From contig CM126225.1 of the NCBI GenBank assembly GCA_052327205.1, forward strand, positions 6,634,001 to 6,698,000: a stretch of 64,000 nt of DNA, given 5' to 3'. This document shows positions 1 to 14,600 of this stretch, piece by piece. Both the position numbers and the translations under genes were made by a program. This DNA is from Somniosus microcephalus (lineage: Eukaryota). Below the pieces are notes generated by a model. That model did not search any database, was not told the DNA's origin, and saw only the letters and a list, made by a program, of their open reading frames with translations. How positions within the stretch are numbered: position 1 is the first letter of the stretch; every line of letters begins with the position of its first letter.

Positions 1-3000
1 AGTCGGTCTGAAATCTCCCCAGGCCTCTCCAGTAGTTTCCTTTGTAGGTGTTGCGGTGTCAATTTGCTGTTCGGGTTATGCTGAGGCTGAGAGTTGCACC
101 AGGTGCTATTTTCTGTTCAAATACTATAACTTAATTGAGTGGATCAACATGGAAACTGCGTGCTGTGATTACCTTGGCCTTAATGCATTTAAAATGCGGA
201 AAATTACTCAACAAGACCGGAACAGCAAGGGGTTGAAAAGAAATACAGTCCTACGCAACCTGGGGATCAGTTTAAAAATTAAAATGCAAATTTACAATGT
301 GCCTTTAAGCCGTCGACGAATTATTGACTGAGTAAAGCGTGTTAGTAACATACTGTAAAGCCTTATTGTACTATTAATTATGCGTCTGAATCCCACTCGC
401 GGATTTATATTGTAACTGTTATTATTATTTTATAGCAAAGAAATGTATTGTATATAGAAATTGTTTGGGAAGTAACTGATACCTGTGAATCGCAATGTAC
501 GATCTCGTTTTAATTCTTGCTTTGTTTTGTGCAAGTTCAGTTTTAAAAGCAGTCAAAATCTCAACTCAATTTAAGGCCTCCATCTTTATTTACTTTGTCG
601 CGCGTTATCAGGTTCTTTGTATGAAGCTGGCGTTATTTCAATGCAGCAAAGATGGCGGAAGCATTGTTGTCATAGCGTTTAGTGTTTTCCTGAGATTTTT
701 GTCATCAGTTAAAAATTGAAATTCAGTGTGCTTGGAAGTCAAATAATCTTCTGAAACTGGACATATCAACTGGGCTGTGCATGGAGCACATCAATGATAT
801 ATTGCATATATTTTTTAAAATTAAAAAACTGCTCAATTATATTGCACTCTACGGAATTAAATGTCGGCCAGCATTGAGTGTCCTGTCAGAGATCAGCTCA
901 ACTACTCCTAGGTAAGAAAGAAATCAGGAGAGTCCCCACATCCACGGAGGGTGTTTATAGGTAAATTACAACAGCCCCTTAAGCCAAGTCTATTTGTCAG
1001 GTTAAACTAAACGTTGTCAATTAACAATCTCCCAGTCTGTGGTTTGGGTGCATACTCCTGATTTCGTCCAGGTGCTGTTAATAACTGCCATCACTGCATC
1101 CACACAGAGTTCAATTTAAAAAGACGTGTTAAAAGTTATGAAATACATAACTTATCTCTTGCTAATTGAGAGTTAATTTAACTTGTGAGCTGCTCCCAGT
1201 CTATCTAGCGGGACAAGGGACACGCCAAACCCTTTTACAATACCTTGCCTCAAATTCAAAGTGTAACGTGTGCTTAACATGTCCCAGATTTCCATAACAA
1301 TACAAACAGTTGTATACTCCATTGTCACTTGATGTTTAGTACAGTCTCCTCGTTTGTGTCACTTGATTGTGTGGGTAAACACTCAATAAAGGCAGTGCTA
1401 GATAGAAAGAGCAACGCACCAATTCAGCATTTATATTTAGACCCCAACGACACACAAAAACAGACACAAGCAAGGAACCAGCCACTTGAACTGTTAGGGA
1501 TTGCGATGATTTCACAAAGGGCTTGCCGACTTTAATGTAGTTGAAGTGGCTTTGCTTTGCAATGTTTCATGTTTTTGTGTGTGAGAGTAAGTGGAGGAAA
1601 TCCGCTATGGCGGAACCGAGTTAATTATAACTTCCTACGAGTTATTGCATCCTGGTGTTTACCCGCTTCTTTCCTCCTGTGTAGCGGCTCAGGGTGGGGT
1701 GGGGGTGAATAATAGATATATTTTTAATGTTCTCCTAAAAAACACAGAAGTATAGCTTATTGATCACCTGTTACACAATAGTCAATTTCTAAAAGAATCG
1801 GTAAAGCGATACTAAAAACCGTTTGATATTCATCACACCTCTCCTAGATTGTGTTAGAAACAGACCACAACCAGGGCACCATCGGAATCATAGATACCTA
1901 CCAGGAAATAGCATTTAGGGTACCTCGGATTACTAATTAGCATGTCAATTCAATTTGTTTGCCCCTGTGGCTCCTTTATTCCCAACTTACTGAGGAGCGA
2001 GGTCCCATAAAATAATGCTGCAATACCTCTGCAGCGCTGTGTGATGTAATTTTCCTTTGGCGCCATAATCTAGCTCCATGACAACAAAGAGAGCTTAAGT
2101 AAATATCACATGGTGCCACCCAACTCATTTTATTTATATTCAGTATTTGGAATTTATAGTTGTATCTTAGATTGTTTTGATATATGAGCCAACCGCTGAA
2201 AGACCGTCGCTCGGATGTTTAGATTCCTGTTCACTGGATGTCACGCTCAGAACCAATAATATATCAACAGCCCCAACTAAATATTGCTGGCCACCAATGC
2301 AGTGTTTGTACCCAAACCCTAAACTCGAGCACTGCCTGAGAGTTCATTTAAAGGAATATTCATCTGTATATATTGATGTTTCTATATATGTATGCGTAAA
2401 ACTAGCTATCCTTGCAATGTTACCCCCATATATGCACACATACATACCTATATCCATAAATATATAGATACGCACGTATGTCTATATAGATCACCTCAGA
2501 TTAGTAGTTAGCAGGTCAGTTCAATGTGTTTGCCTCTGTGCATACATATAATTATATAGATACACACACATATCGGCATTAGAATTATATAGATATCTAT
2601 GTAATTTTGTAAACAGTTATCCGTGTATATAATTATAATATATAATATATATGCTCATAAAATCATATAGCTATATGGACATATTATGTCGGTTTTTTCT
2701 TTGATAACATAACCGCTATTTTATGTTGATGTTGTACTTGATATAACTGCAGTTTTAAGTTTTTTTCTTAAGCACGCCTTGTATTTGAAAATGCTCATTT
2801 GTTTTTGCCTAGGTGGGTTGTTTATACTCGGGACTTTTACAGCGGTTCCTAATGCAACTGTGGAGTGGCCTTCAGAACAGGAACCTTCCGTTGTTTTGAT
2901 CTTTAAAAGGGTCACTTCAACGTGTTTGTAATTTACCCTGCCGTAAGGGGCTTGTCCTATAAATTGCTCAAGGTATTATTTTGTACTGAGGGATCTTTGT

Positions 3001-3014
3001 GCTGGAGACAAAAA

Positions 3015-3125
3015 GGCTCCTTTATGGCCTAAATAAAGTCACCTTGCCGCAGATGAGAGAGCTGCCTATGTTCCTGCTCCAATTGTCGTGTAATTGTTTG
3101 TCTTCCTTAGGTTCATGGTTTTACC
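3015..3125 (-). promoter_or_regulatory. Intronic cluster of Cdx/posterior-Hox-type sites
   Basis: + strand TTTATGG (3021), AATAAA, TCGTGTAATTG and GGTTTTAC within ~110 bp of the donor; typical of conserved Hox intron elements. Confidence 0.45.
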
Positions 3126-3128
3126 CAC

Positions 3129-3852
3129 CTTTTGTTTCCTTCTCGGAAAGGGTCTTATCCGCGCCAGGAAACTGTAAGGAGGATGTCTCTTGTACAAAGG
3201 CACTTTCTCTTCCCCCTGTGCTCTTTCCCGGCTCTCCGCGGCCCGGATCTTTTGAGGTGCTCACTTTTATGTCTTTTTCACCTGGTTTGGAGGAGGCCGA
3301 CGTGGCGAAGGAAGAAGTGAAGGGAATGCTGGACTGAATCGAGCACGGAGCAGTGACTGGCTGCGGCTGGTTGTAATCCGTCGCTTTGTCTGATGGATAG
3401 TTCGGTTCAGAACGGAAGTAGCTGGGCACGGGGACCCTGCCACTGTCACTTGTGCACATTTCAGAAATCACCCTCGAGTACACTGAACCATCAGGGTGCG
3501 TCTTCGCATGCTTATCCCCGTCTAATAAACAGTAGTTGGCTTCTTCCTTGACGCTGGACGCGAAGGAGTAAGTGCTTAGCTGCTGAAGTCGGCCTGTGTG
3601 GCTGGATGGTGACGGGGTTGCCCATCCTGCCATGCCTGGCACGTACTGATGTGGAACCAAACCTAGACCTTGTTGGTGGTTCATCTCCCCTTGTTTACGA
3701 TGTGCTAAGTCAACTTGCCAATGCTGCACCCCGTAGCCCCGGTCCGGTCTGGAGGACAAATAACCCCCAAGACAGCAAGGCTCAGCCCGGCTGGAGCAAA
3801 TTAAAGACTTCACTGAAAACGAGCTTGAAGCAGAATTCTCAGAACATGACAT
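3129..3852 (-). CDS. HoxB10: Hox paralog group 10 gene, coding exon 1 (probably HoxB10); homeobox exon 2 not in window
   Basis: ORF MSCSENSASSSFSVKSLI...NHQ...YVP...W...SF...VKEE...VPVPSYFR matches Hox10 exon-1 motifs (HoxA10 MSCSESPAANSFLVDSLI; HoxD10 IKEE, VPVPGYFR; from memory). It ends at a phase-1 donor AAAG|GTGGGT (GT at 3128-3127). B-cluster assignment is inferred from the lack of intact Hox11/12 upstream and a non-HoxC10-like N-terminus. Confidence 0.85.
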
Positions 3853-4020
3853 AGCTGCAGCTTAATTTGCTGAGGAGGGGGGGGGGGGGGAAGGAAAAAA
3901 AAGGTTCCTTATCAAACTGACATTTCTCTTGGACTCATCAGAAGGCGGCTGTAGACAACTTCCTCCCAGCCGGCCAATCAGAATGCCGGCAGCCACTGCA
4001 GGCTCCGCCCACAGCACAAG
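3853..4020 (-). promoter_or_regulatory. Hox10 proximal promoter/5'UTR with CCAAT box and short uORF
   Basis: GGCCAATCAG (NF-Y type, CCAAT 3974-3978); upstream ATG TCA GTT TGA at 3923-3912; poly-C tract before the main ATG. Confidence 0.6.
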
Positions 4021-7000
4021 GGATTTGAAATGAGAAGAAAATTGATGCATTTGTGGGGCTCAGCAACACCTAGTTATTGTGACAAATACACGCTTGTTAA
4101 TTCTGCTTTTATTAACCAACTCGGAGGGGAATCCTCTCGTTCTCTACACAGGCACACTTACCAGTTCAACTCAAACAACGTGCTTAACAGTTTTTTCTGG
4201 CAAAGTAAAACAGAACAAGATTATAATTTTTCCGACAGTATGGCGACAACAGGAACGCTGGAGGAGCTCTGTGCATTTTTCAAGTTCTGTTTTGTGGTAA
4301 TTCAGAGAAAATAAGGAAATAAGAGCAAACTTGAAAGTAACACTGGAAATTCACTAGTGGAAATAATATATTAGCTTTCAGGAGGAATAATGCCGGCACC
4401 TCGAGGTGATAGATAAAAACATATATATATTATATATATATATATAATTTATTGGAACGGCTACATGTTAATTTATGGTTTCAATAATGTCATACAGTTA
4501 TGTGACATTAACAGGCTCCCATCGGATCGGGCATAGAATTAGGAGTTACTCTTACGTGAAGCTGAATATATATTTTACACACACGCACAAACATGAGTTT
4601 GAAAGCAAACTTTAAGCTTATTTTAATTGGTAATGGCGGCATTTAACATATAAAATTAGTACTGGGTGTGGGAACCCTGCAGTTTCCAAATCCATATAAG
4701 TATGGATATCATGTCATACAATACTGGATGTAACAATACAGTGTAAATGACTTGTACCAAATAATAAATATTTAACTTCTCTCACTCTCTCGTTTTCCTG
4801 TGCTGGGTTAAAGTAGAACAGTGGGACTCAGGGTTCGGAGATAACCGCATTTTCCCCATCACCCGGACACATATTTTAATCCGTTCAACTAGCTATTAAG
4901 AACAAGAGTTACATTTTAGTTATTTATTTTAACTGTTCGCAGTTTTTCGAACCTGTTGTTACCTTGTAATTTTCAACAACAAAAAAAGGTAAGAACTTCA
5001 CTTTACTGCTTCGATTTTATATCCCCGAGACTTTCCCCCTTGCCTATTTACATTTGTTATCCAAGTCTTTAAGTCCCTTATTTGCTATTTTAAAGATGAA
5101 TAATTTAATATTTATGATTTACATAATTAAAACCTGCTATATTTATTTATGTTTTGAACTTTATTATGCTTCATCGATTTAGAGAGCTGAATACACAGAT
5201 AAATAAATAAAGAAGCAGATTAATGAATCGATAATTGTACTAATCCAGCTGCGGATATTATCTATGATATAAAGCGCGCACACACACATCTGTCTGAAAC
5301 AAAGAGATCTCAGTACATGTGTGCATTAAGAGACCAATCGTTCTGCAGTTTATACATAAGCATTAAATCTGATTTTATGCACCCCTAAAGTTTTCAAGTT
5401 TGGGCTAAACTTGTTTTTCCCCCCAGAGCGAGATATTTTCGATCTGTCAAATTCACGCACAGTTGAAAAAATCTTTATTAACAAAAGATAAAGTTTGAAC
5501 TTTGAAATACTACCCCCCCGCGAGGCCTCACCCTCCCAACTGTAAATATTTTAAGAACCAAAAAAGATCTAAATCCCGACGATGACAGATAGGGGCATTT
5601 TTATTGACAACTGACTAACTAACTACAGATTTGTCCTTTTCAACCTCAATTAAATCGGCTTTCATGACTAAAGTTAAAACTGTTCAGTCCGCACATATTT
5701 GAATCCACTGCAAGCAGTGCCGACGAATCAGCAACGTGTGTTGGAAATCCGGCCGGAACTCAATATGCTCTGCAGTTATTGAATTAGGGTGTAGACAGGA
5801 TTCGATTCGACGCCTCTCACACCGCTTGCCGCCCCTATCCACCCCGAGAAATATATCATCTAAAATGAAATGAAAACGCCTTTGTGTGCATAACTGGACT
5901 TAGTTACAATTCATAAGCGGGTAATATTTCACAGAGGCAATAGGAGATTGTAGCATGTTATTGCCACGTGGACGGGACACGCGTGGTGGGGGGGGGGGGG
6001 CACTTTTTCTACCCCGAACTGCAGCAATAATTCTACAGAAATGACTGAGAGGCTGCTTGTATAAGCGGAGAATAAGCGGAGGGATTATCCCGTCCCTTGC
6101 TTGTAACGAGACCCTGGAGTACAGTATTTTGGGAGAGAGACGAGATTAAAGGGATGAGAGGGATATTATATGTACCAAGGCCTTATAGAGTGCAGTGTCT
6201 GAGTAAAGCACATCAAACTTAGCGGCTAATTCCCAGCAAGACACGTTAATAGTGGATATTACCACCCCATACAAAGCAAATAAACAGAGAATATAAATGC
6301 AGGAGTCAGAACTATATACAATATACAATAATTAGAGTATATATATATATATAATATATACACACACTCGCAAATCTCTGAATAGAGATAATGTTGCATG
6401 TCGATACAGTCTGAAACCTCATTTACATTCTATTCCTTATCTAAGCACACGGGCACAACATTGCATAACTGTTTCGATAGACACAGATTCCGGCTACATT
6501 TTGTCACCTATATTGCCTGTAAATACGACATACGCTCTCGCGTAATGTCGGACAAGTCTGTTCGAGGCTGAAATTGTTTATTGAGGATATACTGCTGCAA
6601 AACTGCGGATTTAGATCCACTTTTTAACTGTTTGTAGACACTAGCCCACAGTTTAATTGTGAGGCATAAAATAATGATTAAAAACACAGTGAGATTTGGC
6701 ATATTCTTTAGCGAGCTTGTGAAAAGAGTTCCACCCAAAAATGAGATTACCCAAATTGATAAGGGATATAATTATAAACATTTCTCATGCTTCATTCCAC
6801 CTCCACAGTACGCATCAATCTGTTGGTATCTTTAATTTAAAAACACGATGGTTTACACACGAATTTGAGTGTAATCCTTGCACAAAGGCCTTGGTAAACA
6901 GTGTATCCGTCTAATTGTGATATATGCGCTGCTGAACAGATAGGGTTTACCGATCAGTGCAATATATATGAGCTTATTTTTTTTTAAATAACAAAATTCA

Positions 7001-9065
7001 TTTTGTACCCCCTTCCATGAAAAAAGCCCTTGGGGATTTTAAAGTATTAAAGTAACACACACCATACACTACATCATAAAGGACACCTTTGTACAGAGTT
7101 TTTTGTGTGTTATGTGATTCGTGCGGGTTTTTCTTTAACCCGAATTAACGTTGAAATTTACGATGGAGGCCACGCTTCCCACAAACCTTCAGAAATGCAC
7201 AGTTCACAATCCAAGGGGCTCCTGATAAGAATTACTGCGCCGAGTAAAAAAAACATTGAGGCTGCTTTGAGTGCGGAACCGTCTCTGATGCTGGTGGCTG
7301 CTCGGTGAAAGCCAGCCATATATAATTCCAAGATATTTAAATCAGATTTATACAATAAAGGTGACAGCAACAGCCCCAGGAACCCGGCACGGCCATTGTT
7401 TAGGGAAGAATTGCAATCACAACGGTGCATTTAAGTGAAGAAATCTTTTTGAAAGGGTCACGTTATTTTTTTCCAGATTCGAAACACAGTTCATTAATGG
7501 CTCCTTAACAGAATATCACTCAGTGGGGGGAGGGGTGGGGGGGGGGGGAGGGAAGGAGTTGCTTATTGCGAGCAGGACACATACCACAAAATGGCGTCAA
7601 GACTCTACCCTGGAGAAATTCATGCAATTGATTTTTGGAAACTTACACAAAAATATTGATTTCTGTTCCATGATGCTACAATAATAAGATGGGTACCAAA
7701 AATGGTTAACCAGTGATACTCTCTTAACTATAACTCAAAGTTAGTTGGAAACTAATACTGTAGGCTTTATAGTTCCCTAGTTTAGTATTGTAAAACTAAA
7801 TACCGTAACTTTTGAATCCAAACTGGTTAAACCTGAAGATCTCACCATTCAGTCCACACTAGTCCTTATGGCTTTATTCCGTCTCTCTCTTTCTCACGCT
7901 CACTCTTTCGTTCGCTTTCGTTCAAATGTACAAGCGAAGGAAAGTTTAAAATACTGAGCGGCCACGCAAAGAACAGCTTCATATAATGACTCGATATATC
8001 GGTGAGATTGGCATGTGTCTATATTATCGAAAGTAAAATAGCAACAACATCATGCATTTGTACAGCTCTTTTAACATAGATAAAGGGTCCTAATCGCTTC
8101 AGTGAATGTGACGCTATCTACTCAGTTCCTTGGATATATATAGGCGCATATAATAACATTAACATTGAAATGTTAACATTTTTGAGGCTTTCTCTATTCC
8201 ATTAATTCTAGGTTTCTTCTTGGCAAGTTTGCACAAATGGGTAACAAGGAAATTCGCCCGTTTTATTTCACAAAACTGACCGTTAGAATAGAAAGTCACA
8301 TCAGTGTAATAACAGCTCGAGTCGGTGAGTAGTGGTCACTGAGAGAGGGACAACACAGATACTGATCTGTTATTAAGCGACAGCTTGCGGTCTGTTTTTA
8401 CACACACCCATATATTTAATATCAACACAGTTAAAACACAATGAAAACTAGCTATTCATTTGTAATAACTCCACTGTATTTCCTCACTGGAATCAGGTAC
8501 ATTTTACCAGCTATGGACTCGGAGCGCCCGCCTATTATAAGTTATACTTTTCTAACTTAAAATATAATGTTGAGGGAGAGATACATTTAATTCCAGCACT
8601 TTCAATCAATTTTTCTGGGACATTTCTGCATCTTTGATATAGTTTCGCTGCAACTTAATCAATGATCGGCCTCCCACACAGACTCCTTTGGAACAGATCT
8701 AAAGCTCGATCGCTAGGCGTTCAAAATAAGTTTAAAATTGCAGGAGGCGCTGTCCCCGTTATTAAGTTCCAAAAGTGGATCCTGCCCTTTGCTTGTTTTA
8801 GTTTATTGTTATTATCAGAATCTCACATAGGATACAGCGCGGTGAATGGACGGAGAGTGACGCCAGGAAACGAAACAGCTATGAAAGACACCACAGAATC
8901 CTCCAAGAGTCTACCTTCCGTCAGAACAATTCCCTGGAAACACATCGGCTTGCGGCTAACCGCAGCTATAAGAATCGAATATCAAACCTCATGCAGCCAG
9001 TAAGCATTTCAATCCGTGGTCATTGTGTCTTTATCGACAGCATGAATCACCAAGAACGCAGCTCT

Positions 9066-9197
9066 TTATCTATCTATCTATCGATCTATCTATCTATCTA
9101 TCTATTATCTATCTTTCTTTCTATCTATCTATCCGTGTCTGTCTATCTGTCGGCTTATTTATCTATATCTATCTATCTATCTATCTATATCTGTCTA

Positions 9198-9237
<40 letters not shown>

Positions 9238-9415
9238 ATCAGTTTCTTTCTATCTATCTATCCGTGTCGGTCTATCATTCGGTCTATCTATCTATATCTA
9301 TCTAGGTATCTCTCTCTCTCCATCTATCTATCTATCTATCTGTCTGTATATCTATCTATCTATTTATCATCTATCTATCTATCTATCTATATATCTACTA
9401 TCTATCTATCTGTCT
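9066..9415. repeat. (TATC)n microsatellite
   Basis: Imperfect TATC tandem array. Confidence 0.95.
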
Positions 9416-10571
9416 GTTTGCCTCCGTTCTCCAAGTTGAAGATGATGTCATCATTTCCCCTCTCAGCCCATGGTCTCCCCTTTCACTCGTTACTTCACAG
9501 GATCACAAAATTGTGGAGCCCTTTACTTTCCTTCTGCTTACCATCCATCCTTCAAAATGCGGGCATGTAATATCCAAATTTTCTATCAAAAAACCATCGT
9601 TATATGTTCACCTCTTTTTCCGAATCTTTTCAAGATCCATCTCTTTTTCTTCTGCATCTAGATTTCTAAATTAAACTCAAATCCAGCCATTCATGTATCC
9701 ACGCGAATTCCCTCAAGGTGCAGGTGATGTCTCAGCATCTTCCTTTCTGCAGACTTAAAAACTCCTCCAGACTCTTTCAGAAGTAGAACAAAGCTGCTTC
9801 GCATAATCCTCTACAATAATAAACTGAAACTCTAAACCCGCAAAAACAAGGCCTGGGCCGTCTGCCTTAGTTTAACAATAGGGCTGTAACAGACTAAAGT
9901 TGATAGTAACAATATTTATATTATTATAACAGTACGAAGCTCTAAACTTCCCCCTCTTTCCTGAATTCATTAATGTTCCAAGTTGGATTATAACCGAATT
10001 TTTCAATTATTGATGCTTTAAAAAAAATCCTGGGGTTGAAAAATAACATCTCATAACGAAATACAGAGCCTAATATTTGAAATCGAATAAAATTTGGCAG
10101 TTAATGTGGCGATCCTTTAAAATAACACATTTTCAGTAAATTACACTTTGTTAACTTACCATCAGCACCAGCCTAGATTCCGCGCCGTCTATTATAAAAC
10201 AGACACGGAACCGTCCACTACAATCAACATTTCTGACTTATTATTGGTTCAAATAAATCCATCCAATGGCCCGTGGTTGGTGCTTGCGGGCTGTACAGTG
10301 TTACCTTTGTACAGTTATTCCTCTCTGATCTTGTGCCTCGGTTGGGAATGTGCCGAGACTATTCCAAGAAGTAAACTTTTATGAGTTCGCGTGTTTACGC
10401 CCGCGAGGATACAGCCTCGCTTGTTCTTTTTTAGTTAATCCACATCGATGACATTCTGATCTCCAGTCTGCGTCAACCCTTTCACTCACGCTTACCGCCG
10501 CGTGAAGCTCAAGTTATTTCGGATACATTCTAAAAAGATCACAATTCGACCTTCTAGCTTCAGTATTTACT

Positions 10572-10903
10572 NNNNNNNNNNNNNNNNNNNNNNNNNNNNN
10601 NNNNNNNNNNNNNNNNNNNNNNNNNNNNNNNNNNNNNNNNNNNNNNNNNNNNNNNNNNNNNNNNNNNNNNNNNNNNNNNNNNNNNNNNNNNNNNNNNNNN
10701 NNNNNNNNNNNNNNNNNNNNNNNNNNNNNNNNNNNNNNNNNNNNNNNNNNNNNNNNNNNNNNNNNNNNNNNNNNNNNNNNNNNNNNNNNNNNNNNNNNNN
10801 NNNNNNNNNNNNNNNNNNNNNNNNNNNNNNNNNNNNNNNNNNNNNNNNNNNNNNNNNNNNNNNNNNNNNNNNNNNNNNNNNNNNNNNNNNNNNNNNNNNN
10901 NNN
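10572..10903. other. Assembly gap
   Basis: Run of N. Confidence 0.99.
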
Positions 10904-10947
10904 TTCCAATTAAAATGCTTTATTGGCATGAAAGTTTACAGAGAACC

Positions 10948-11690
10948 ATCTCTATCTCTATCTATCTCTCTCTCTCTCTATCTATCTATCCCTCTCTCTC
11001 TATCTCTATCTATCTATATCTATCTCTCTATCTCTATCTCTCTGTCTATCTATCTATCTATCCATCTATCTATCTCTCTATCTCTTTATCTCTCTCTCTC
11101 TATCTCTCTATCTATCACCCCCTCTTTCTCTCTCTCTATATCTCTCTATCTCTATCTCTCTATCTCTATCTATCTATCTATCCATCTATCTATCTCTCTA
11201 TCTCTTTATCTCTCTCTCTCTATCTCTCTATCTATCACCCCCTCTTNNNNNNNNNNNNNNNNNNNNNNNNNNNNNNNNNNNNNNNNNNNNNNNNNNNNNN
11301 NNNNNNNNNNNNNNNNNNNNNNNNNNNNNNNNNNNNNNNNNNNNNNNNNNNNNNNNNNNNNNNNNNNNNNNNNNNNNNNNNNNNNNNNNNNNNNNNNNNN
11401 NNNNNNNNNNNNNNNNNNNNNNNNNNNNNNNNNNNNNNNNNNNNNNNNNNNNNNNNNNNNNNNNNNNNNNNNNNNNNNNNNNNNNNNNNNNNNNNNNNNN
11501 NNNNNNNNNNNNNNNNNNNNNNNNNNNNNNNNNNNNNNNNNNNNNNNNNNNNNNNNNNNNNNNNNNNNNNNNNNNNNNNNNNNNNNNNNNTCTATCTATC
11601 TATATCTATCTCTCTATCTCTATCTCTCTATCTCTCTGTCTATCTATCTATCTATCTATTTATCTATCTCTCTATCTCTCTATCTGTCTC
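10948..11690. repeat. (TC)n/(TATC)n compound microsatellite containing an N gap (11247-11590)
   Basis: Simple repeat on both sides of the N run. Confidence 0.95.
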
Positions 11691-14600
11691 AACCAAACTG
11701 ACCATTTATCGTGTTCAGTTGGAGATCGCCAACCACCACCAACATTGCAAGAAGGTACCATCCCTTTACAAAACACTCAAATCAAACAGCAAACAGGACC
11801 ACCAGAATTTCACTTATTCGGCGCTTAGTTTATTTCCTAGCGGGTGTAATTTAAAAGATGTTCTCTTTCTTTCTCGCGGCTCTCCACGCACTGACTTTGA
11901 CTTTGGCGGCCCCTGTTGCGGACATTCAGTCACTCGAACAGTCACATTTTGATCTATTTTCTAAATGTAAAAAACAATCGCTTGTGGGTTTTTTCCAAAA
12001 AGGAATAGCACAATGGAAAACTGCATTTTGATATCTCAGCAAATAACTTATTGTCACGTCACATAGATACAGAATTATGTAGCCAACGTAACTGCAGCGT
12101 GTTTCCGTTTGTAATAGAGGAAGAATTATATAATCGGGACACCTGTAGGTCAGATGATAATTATTGGCTTCTTTTCAGTAATGAAAGCGAATCACATTTA
12201 GCGACGTTTGAGACCTTAAAACCACATGTAAACGATTTAAAATTAAAGCTTGATTTTAATTACTATTATTGTTGTTAATGCTGCATGAAAATTACAGATT
12301 TGCATTTCAGTTGAAGCTTAAATAATGTTTAAATGCATTTTTTTAATCGCCTCGATTGTCAGTTTGATCAGGTCGAAAAGACTTAAGTATAAATATAGAG
12401 AAATGCGTCTACAATTACACATCAACCCCAGCTTTAAATCCTTACCAGCAGCAGTATTTTACCTCGGCAAAGCTTGCGGAGGAGGCCCGCCGCGCAGAAT
12501 GAAACGAATGTCACGGTTTATTCTTTGTTTCAACTGATTCCAAGCTCGCGTTTTAGATTGTTTTATCTAAATATAAATGATTTGCCATTTCCTCCCCAAC
12601 ATCCCGCCGACTTTGATTTTCGGTTTGCATCAAGGTTGCGAATAACAACCCGAACTTGGAATAACAATAGGATCTGTCGCTCAACATACCCGGAACCGTA
12701 GGAATCTTATGAGTATTTGCTAAACTTTAATAAATTATAAATGGTTTTCTAATGAATCCTTGGCGTTGTCAACACATCTTTGCACTAAACAACTTTAAAA
12801 AAAAACAGCAGGCAACTCGTCCAGAACCTAAAGTACAACTATTTCAACGAACAAAAACAAACGTATAACTTTTCTCAAGGAAACTATATTTGGTCCTGCT
12901 CTAAAGTTATTAAACGCTGTTACATTGTTCGAGCACTTACACTGCCGCTCATGGGATGGTGGGTTGCTCCACAAGCTGGGAGCATTTTCTTAAGCGTTTA
13001 CTAAGGATTTTCCTATGGGGTTTCGCAAGAAATGGTGCAATCATATGTTTCTCAGACGCGCAGTACTTCTCTCCATTTTCCCCTTCCAACTTAGCCATCG
13101 GAATAATGCAATTTATAAACGGGGCATTCCAGGTTGAATAGCTTATGTTGATTTCATAAAATAAACCCGATGTTTACTTACAGAATAAAGTGTTTAAGAA
13201 TCTGTGTATCCCTGTTAATATTGCATTAATCTCTGTTAACACACACTCACATGTTGGGCTAATCTTTGCAAACGTCGAGCAGGCACACCACAGCGGTGCA
13301 ATAACAGACAAGGAGTTTGCACTGACTCTGCGAAGTATGCATCCATTTAGAGGGCCAAAGGTTTATTGATATTAATATTTGGGAGTAATAGGTCTTCGAA
13401 AATTGGAAATTCTGGTACCAATTGTCTTACCATCGAAACATTCTTTTCTCCGTATATGTTTATACAGCACTGGGCGAACTGGAAAATACAAACCGCCGCT
13501 GCAATAATTCAGATTGCCACTTGAGGTCGCTGTTGCTCCACTAATGGGCCTAAGAGGACCTTGGCCTTTATGTGACTGTCTTGAGATTGAATTCAAGGCT
13601 AAAAAAAGCGCAATTTTTCCGTAGTTCTTTTTGCAGCATTAAGGTGCACTAACAAAGTTAAACATCATAGTGCATGTCACAGTCTAAAATATTATAAAAT
13701 TTAACTTCAGCGATTTAGGTGTAATGGTATACACAAATGAAACAGCCAACAGATTAGGCTAATAATTACTTTTAACTAATACAGTTCACATTTAAGTCTT
13801 TTCATGGCTCTACCGTGTTTCCTAAAATTTGCCTTGCATCGATTTAGAATAGAGATAGATGGCGATCGCTATACTGAAAATATTGTCTCTTTATATATTT
13901 TAGAGTAACAGACGAGTTATTTTTTAAACTCTGGGGTGAAAGGTTGTCTGCGAACTGTTCAACAATTGCTGGGCCTTCTTATCAGGGGGGCATGATTGAT
14001 GTTGGTATTCATACAGTTTTGAGTTACAGCATAAGCAGGTCGGAATATATATGCCACTTTGAAAGATCATTGTGCATTAAACTGTCTACCATTCTTTACT
14101 GCTTTTCCAATTAGTCACTTCCAACTCTCAGACTAGCCTTCCTGTTGCTTTAAGGTAGTGACCAACAAAACAAAAAACATTTTTCTTAAGTCTGCACGTT
14201 TTTCCTTGATTAACATCTACGAAACAGTTAGATTATCATGAAGATTAAACCGAGTAACACGCAGCATTGACATAATTATCAATTTAGCTTGAAATGATTT
14301 ATCCTTTTAAGGGAAAATAACGCTGGTAATGGTATCAGCAACACTAACTTCATACGTTCTTTTGAACGAAAACGTTATTGTAAACTTGAAATCGCGACTG
14401 AAGCAAGAGATATTTCTTGCAGAGGGAGTCGTCTGCAATTCAAGGTCAGACCGAGAGTCGAGCGTTTTCAAAGTCAGCAACTTTCTTGACACCTTTTTTC
14501 AGCATCAGAATAAATAGAACTCCCGCCACACTGAACAAAACACCACATTCTGGAATCAAACCAAATGATCAGTCTCTAAAACAAATAAATTAAAAACTGA

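Noticed and set aside
28-50. AGTAGTTTCCTTTGT, resembling miR-196b
   Set aside because: Seed mismatch, opposite strand to the Hox gene and no evident hairpin; miR-196 is expected beyond the left edge, 3' of Hox10.
8991-11952. Long ORFs rich in LSIY/X
   Set aside because: Artefacts of TATC microsatellites and N gaps.
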